Below are positions 59,386-64,000 of a stretch of DNA of 64,000 bases, piece after piece. Origin of the DNA: an uncultured Clostridium sp. (GTDB lineage Bacteria > Bacillota_I > Bacilli_A > RF39 > UBA660). The notes beneath the pieces were generated by a model, which worked only from the letters and a program-made list of their open reading frames with translations, searched no databases and was not told the DNA's origin. A program made the position numbers and the translations under genes. The DNA lies in NCBI GenBank assembly GCA_964578175.1, contig CAZOBH010000004.1:1611-65610 (forward strand). The letters run 5' to 3'. Positions within the stretch are counted from its first letter, which is position 1; each line of letters begins with the position of its first letter.

Positions 59386-61765
59386 ATGGCAAAAGTATTG
59401 GGATGAACATGATACTTTTAAAGCAAATAATGGAGATAAAAAAGAAACATTCTATGATCTAGTAGAGTTTCCATATCCATCTGGAGCTGGACTTCATGTA
59501 GGTCATGTTAGAGTATATACAGCAACTGATGTATTAGCTCGTGTTAAAAGATTACAAGGATACAATGTATTATATCCAATGGGATGGGATGCATTTGGTG
59601 CACCAGCAGAAAGATACGCAATAAAGACTCATCAACATCCTAAAAACGTTGTTAAAGATAACGTAGCTACATTTAAAAATCAAATGAAGTCTTTAGGTTT
59701 TTCATTTGATTGGTCAAGAGAATTTTCAACAACTGATCCAGATTATTATAAATGGACACAATGGCAATTTATTCAATTTTTTAAGAATGGAATGGCTTAT
59801 AAAGCTACTACTAAAGTAAATTGGTGTCCTACTTGTAAAATGGTTTTATCTAACGAAGATTCTGCAGGAGGAGTTTGTGAACAATGTGGTTCAACTGTAG
59901 AACAAAGAGACAAATCACAATGGATGTTAAGAATGAGTGATTATGCTGAAGATTTAATAAAAGGTCTTGATGATACTAATTTTGCAGATAGAGTTAAACT
60001 AGGTCAAATAAATTGGATTGGAAAAAGTACAGGAGTAGAATTTGATGTAGATATAGTAGGTGGTGGAAAATTCTCAGTATTTACTACATGTATTGAAACT
60101 ATTTACGGGATTACTTTCTTTGTACTTGCACCAGATGGAAAACTAATACAAGAATTAATGCCTAGAGTAGAAAATAAAGAAGAAGTAGAAAAGTATATTA
60201 AAGAAACTTCATTAAAATCTAATATGGATAGAACTGAACTTAATAAAGGTAAATCAGGAGTATTGGTTAAAGGCGTTAAAGCAATTAATCCAGTTAATGG
60301 AGAAGAAGTACCGATATTTTTAGGTGACTTCGTTTTAGGTGATTATGGAACTGGAGCTGTAATGGCAGTACCTAGTCATGATCAAAGAGACTATGAATAT
60401 GCTAAAGTTCATAACTTACCAATTATTCAAGTAATTGAAGGAAGAGATATTGATACTTGTGCTTTTGAAAAAAATGATTATCTAGGAAAAGGATGTAAGT
60501 TAATAAACTCAGGAGAATATAATGGATTAACTGTTGAAGAAGCAAAAGATAAATTAACTGAAATGTTAGAAGAAAAAGGAATTGGAAGAAGAGTTAATAA
60601 TTATAAAATGAGAGACTGGGTTTTTGGAAGACAAAGATTCTGGGGTGAACCAATTCCAATGATATATTGTGAAGACTGTGGATGGAATCCGGTTAAGGAT
60701 GAAGATTTACCTGTAACACTTCCAGAAGTAACTGAATACGAACCAACTGAAACAGGAGAATCTCCTCTTGCTAAAATAGAAGAATTTGTTAATTGTAAAT
60801 GTCCAGTTTGTGGAAAAGATGCTAGAAGAGAAACTGATACAATGCCACAATGGGCTGGATCATCTTGGTATTTCTTAAGATATATGGATCCTAAAAATAA
60901 AGATGCTCTAGCTGGAATGGACGCTATGAAATATTGGAATAAAGTAGATTATTATGATGGTGGTATGGAACATACTGCAAGACACTTATTATATGCAAGA
61001 TTCTGGGTACAAATGTTATATAATATGGGACTTGTTCCAAATAAAGAAATGATATGGACAAGAGTATCTCATGGTATGATACTTGGATCTAATAATGAAA
61101 AAATGTCTAAATCTAAAGGTAATGTAATTAATCCTGATGATGTAGTTAAAGAATTTGGCGCAGATACATTAAGACTTTATGAAATGTTTATTGGTGATTA
61201 TCAACAAGATGCTCCTTGGAATACGGATTCATTAAAAGGATGTGATCGTTTCTTAAAGAGAGTTGAAAGACTTGCTACTAAATTAAATGATAAAACAGGA
61301 TATACTAATCCAGTACTTGTTAATAAAACTATTAAAAAAGTTACTGAAGATGATTTAAATATGAAATATAATACAGCTATAAGTGCAATGATGATTATGG
61401 TAAATGAATATGAAAAACAAGAAGAAATTACTAAAGATGATTATCGTGTACTATTAACTTTATTAAATCCTGATGCACCACATATAACAGAAGAATTAAA
61501 TGAAAGATATAACTTAGGTAGTCCAATATGTGAATCTAGTTGGCCAGAAGTAAATGAAGAATATTTAGTTGAAGATAAAAAAGAAATAGCTGTTCAAGTA
61601 AACGGAAAGGTTCGTGCTACTATTAAAGTTTCGGCTGATGAAGATGAAGAATCAATGAAAGAAAAAGCAATGAACGAAGAAAATGTTAAGAAGTTTACTG
61701 ATGGTAAAGAAATAGTTAAAACAATAGTAATTAAAGGAAGAATAGTTAATATCGTAGTTAAATAA
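59351..61765 (+). CDS. leuS: Leucyl-tRNA synthetase
   Basis: 804 aa with an N-terminal IESKWQKYW, HVGH (HIGH) and KMSKS motifs. CP1 editing domain and a Zn-binding CxxC pair are present. Confidence 0.96.
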   Translation: MEIEEIRKIESKWQKYWDEHDTFKANNGDKKETFYDLVEFPYPSGAGLHVGHVRVYTATDVLARVKRLQGYNVLYPMGWDAFGAPAERYAIKTHQHPKNVVKDNVATFKNQMKSLGFSFDWSREFSTTDPDYYKWTQWQFIQFFKNGMAYKATTKVNWCPTCKMVLSNEDSAGGVCEQCGSTVEQRDKSQWMLRMSDYAEDLIKGLDDTNFADRVKLGQINWIGKSTGVEFDVDIVGGGKFSVFTTCIETIYGITFFVLAPDGKLIQELMPRVENKEEVEKYIKETSLKSNMDRTELNKGKSGVLVKGVKAINPVNGEEVPIFLGDFVLGDYGTGAVMAVPSHDQRDYEYAKVHNLPIIQVIEGRDIDTCAFEKNDYLGKGCKLINSGEYNGLTVEEAKDKLTEMLEEKGIGRRVNNYKMRDWVFGRQRFWGEPIPMIYCEDCGWNPVKDEDLPVTLPEVTEYEPTETGESPLAKIEEFVNCKCPVCGKDARRETDTMPQWAGSSWYFLRYMDPKNKDALAGMDAMKYWNKVDYYDGGMEHTARHLLYARFWVQMLYNMGLVPNKEMIWTRVSHGMILGSNNEKMSKSKGNVINPDDVVKEFGADTLRLYEMFIGDYQQDAPWNTDSLKGCDRFLKRVERLATKLNDKTGYTNPVLVNKTIKKVTEDDLNMKYNTAISAMMIMVNEYEKQEEITKDDYRVLLTLLNPDAPHITEELNERYNLGSPICESSWPEVNEEYLVEDKKEIAVQVNGKVRATIKVSADEDEESMKEKAMNEENVKKFTDGKEIVKTIVIKGRIVNIVVK

Positions 61766-61797
61766 AAACAATAAGAAAGACATCTTATTGTTTTTTT
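61766..61797 (+). terminator. Rho-independent terminator after leuS
   Basis: AAACAATAAG-loop-CTTATTGTTT hairpin plus T-run. Confidence 0.65.
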
Positions 61798-61822
61798 GCT
61801 ATAATCTATATAGGTGTTAGAT

Positions 61823-63394
61823 ATGAAAAAGAATATAGTAGATACTAAATTTTCATTATTATTTGCATTATGTAAATTAATAAGTATATTTTATATAATT
61901 CCTTTATTTTTGATTCTAGGATCAACTGGTAATTTAATGTATGCATATGCTTATTCATTTATAAGTATATTTATATCATTCTCAAGTACTGGTTTAACTG
62001 ATGCAGTTTCAAAGATGTTAAATAAATATAATAATGAGAACAATATAATAAATGGTACTAAAATATTTATGTTTTCTATAAATATTATTCTATTCTTAAT
62101 TCTATTTTTATCATCAAATGCTTTAGCTAATTTTATAATTGGATCTCATCCATCTACGATTTTGGTAAGTGAATTAGATTTTATATTTAAAGCAGTTTCA
62201 TTTTATATTTTATTCACAACACCTGTTAATATTTATAAAGGCTATTTAGATAATAAAAGATTAGATCAAAGTTTGTCTATTTCTGAGACTATAGAAGGAT
62301 TTATTAAAGCAATACTAATAATTTTTAGTACTTTAATAGGTTTAAAACTATTTAAATTAGAATATAAATATTTAATAGTGTTAATATTGGTATCTAGTTT
62401 TATAGCGTCTTTGATTAGTTCAATATATTTAAGAGCTGTTATTGATAAAAATGAAAAGAAAAAGATTATTAAACATAAGAAATTAAAATTAGAAAGAGGA
62501 ATAATATTCTTAGTTCTTAGTTATTCTATTCCGTTTATATTATTAGATTTATTTCAATCTATTATTCTTTCATATGATTCATTATATTTAGTTAGATTAT
62601 TAATTACTAAATTTAATTATAGTGTAGTTGATGCTGAAAACGTTCTTTCATATCTCGTTCTTTATGCCAGATACATAAATGATTTAATATTAGTATTTAT
62701 TACAGGTATAATTATTTATTTCTTAGGAAGAATGAAAAAGAAAGATTTATCATCAAGAATAAATAAATCTTTTCAAATAGTATTAATAATAGGTTTACCT
62801 ATAATTGTATTACTAAGTATTTTATCATCTAATTTATGGAATATATTTTATGGAGTTACAGATTTTGGTGGAGTATTATATACATATTATATTTTTATAG
62901 TATTTTTCTATTTATTATTTTTAATATGTATAAAGAATCTATTAGAATTAAAAGAATATAAGTTTACTTATATTATGATGTTTATAGGTTTATTTATTAA
63001 TATAATATTAAAATTACCATTGTTAGATGGATTTAATAAGATGGGAATTCCTCCATTTTATGGATCTATTACATCAATAATTTTAGGTTGTTTTATACCA
63101 ACTATAATATCTTTAATATACTTACATATTAAATATAAAGTTAATTATGAAGATAGTATTAAATTAATAATAGATGTTTTAATTTCTGTATTAGTAATGG
63201 GGGTAATATTAATACTTATAAAAATTATACTTCCATCATTTGACAGTAGAATATTAAATTTAATAGTTTGTTTAATTAATATCTTTATTGGTGCTATAAT
63301 ATATTTGTTTATAATTAATAAGAATGGTATTTTAAATAAATTAGATTTTGGAGGTAACGATGATATTTACAGAATTAACAGAAAAAGAATTTAG
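61823..63394 (+). CDS. MOP-superfamily flippase (polysaccharide biosynthesis / MurJ-YtgP-SpoVB-like)
   Basis: About 14 TM segments. The N-terminal pattern ...YAYAYSFISIFISFSSTGLTDAVSKM resembles Polysacc_synt/YtgP proteins. 3' end overlaps a FemAB gene. Confidence 0.7.
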   Translation: MKKNIVDTKFSLLFALCKLISIFYIIPLFLILGSTGNLMYAYAYSFISIFISFSSTGLTDAVSKMLNKYNNENNIINGTKIFMFSINIILFLILFLSSNALANFIIGSHPSTILVSELDFIFKAVSFYILFTTPVNIYKGYLDNKRLDQSLSISETIEGFIKAILIIFSTLIGLKLFKLEYKYLIVLILVSSFIASLISSIYLRAVIDKNEKKKIIKHKKLKLERGIIFLVLSYSIPFILLDLFQSIILSYDSLYLVRLLITKFNYSVVDAENVLSYLVLYARYINDLILVFITGIIIYFLGRMKKKDLSSRINKSFQIVLIIGLPIIVLLSILSSNLWNIFYGVTDFGGVLYTYYIFIVFFYLLFLICIKNLLELKEYKFTYIMMFIGLFINIILKLPLLDGFNKMGIPPFYGSITSIILGCFIPTIISLIYLHIKYKVNYEDSIKLIIDVLISVLVMGVILILIKIILPSFDSRILNLIVCLINIFIGAIIYLFIINKNGILNKLDFGGNDDIYRINRKRI

Positions 63395-64000
63395 AGATTT
63401 CGTATATAAACATGAACAAGCCTCTTTTCTTCAAACTATAGAAGTTATGAATTTAAAAAAAGAATTAGGTAGCATTCCTTATTTACTTGGAGTTAAAAAG
63501 AATAAAAAAGTAGTTGCAGCTACACTAATACTTCAAGATAAATCAATATTAGGTCATTATTTATTTTATGCACCTAGAGGTTATGTATTAGATTATAAGG
63601 ATAAAGAATTATTAAAATTTTTTACTGATGAATTAGTTAAATTCGTTAAAAAGAAAAAAGGATTTAGAATAACAATTGATCCTAATATTATTTATAGAAT
63701 GAGGTCAAGTGATGGAGATATATTAAATGATGATAAAGATCGTAATGATGAAGTATTTAATAATCTAATTGAACTTGGTTATAAACACTATGGATTTAAT
63801 ATTTATAATGATACTTATCAAGTAAGATGGGAATATAGACTTAGATTAGATGAAGACTATGAAACTAAGAAAACTAAGTTCTCAAAAAGCACAAGAAAGA
63901 ATTTAGAAACTGTTTATAAAAAAGGCCTTAAAGTAAGAATTGGTAAAATAGAAGATTTAGATTCTATGACTGAGATATTTGATGTAACTAGTAAAAGAAA
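63360..64000 (+). CDS. FemAB/MurM-family aminoacyltransferase, N-terminal ~213 codons (continues beyond the window)
   Basis: ATG 5 nt after GGAGGT. MIFTELTEKEFRDFVYKHEQASFLQT...FYAPRGYVLDY...STRKNLE is collinear with the paralog at 4783..6018 (GYAPRGVIL...QTRNKLRKA). Not in the ORF track because no stop falls inside the window. Confidence 0.8.
   Translation, partial: MIFTELTEKEFRDFVYKHEQASFLQTIEVMNLKKELGSIPYLLGVKKNKKVVAATLILQDKSILGHYLFYAPRGYVLDYKDKELLKFFTDELVKFVKKKKGFRITIDPNIIYRMRSSDGDILNDDKDRNDEVFNNLIELGYKHYGFNIYNDTYQVRWEYRLRLDEDYETKKTKFSKSTRKNLETVYKKGLKVRIGKIEDLDSMTEIFDVTSKR

Overview
Strongly AT-rich, gene-dense chromosomal segment of a low-GC Gram-positive bacterium (Bacillota). A Mollicutes-like tmRNA tag ending in AFA, alongside a full peptidoglycan and teichoic-acid toolkit, suggests an Erysipelotrichia-like lineage, but this is inference only. 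About 60 protein-coding genes, 3 tRNAs (Leu-CAA, Thr-CGU, Asn-GUU), one tmRNA and one Leu T-box leader. Housekeeping backbone: mscL (partial), the str operon rpsL-rpsG-fusA-tuf, secG-rnr-(CapA-like)-smpB-ssrA, rnj-cobB, cdaA-cdaR, ctpA, pcrA-(NTP-transferase)-ligA and T-box-leuS. The rest is mostly cell-envelope genes. These include two FemAB-family transferases (one overlapping a MOP flippase gene), an LCP ligase, an SH3b-glucosaminidase, a NodB deacetylase and a TagGH/Wzm-Wzt-type ABC exporter. They also include an M15/VanY-like peptidase, a sortase with a thioester/CnaB adhesin, and several secreted or membrane proteins of unknown function. I saw no transposase, integrase, CRISPR array, rRNA or recognisable defence or toxin system, so most of the window is ordinary core genome. 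The most interesting points are all hypotheses that need HMM, structure or comparative checks I cannot run here: (1) an autolysin with a dockerin-like C-terminus next to a membrane-anchored protein with a cohesin-like N-terminal domain, in one operon with an LCP enzyme; (2) a sortase with no Arg downstream of its TLITC cysteine, paired with xPxTG (VPNTG and NPDTG) substrates and two uncharacterised membrane proteins; (3) a Leu T-box leader that drives an unknown 179-aa membrane protein gene overlapping leuS; (4) ribosomal protein S12 with Ile in place of the near-invariant Pro of the KDLPGVRYH loop; (5) a tRNA-bounded islet (about 26.8 to 31.6 kb) made up only of uncharacterised genes, including an FN3x3-Ltpx5 secreted protein.
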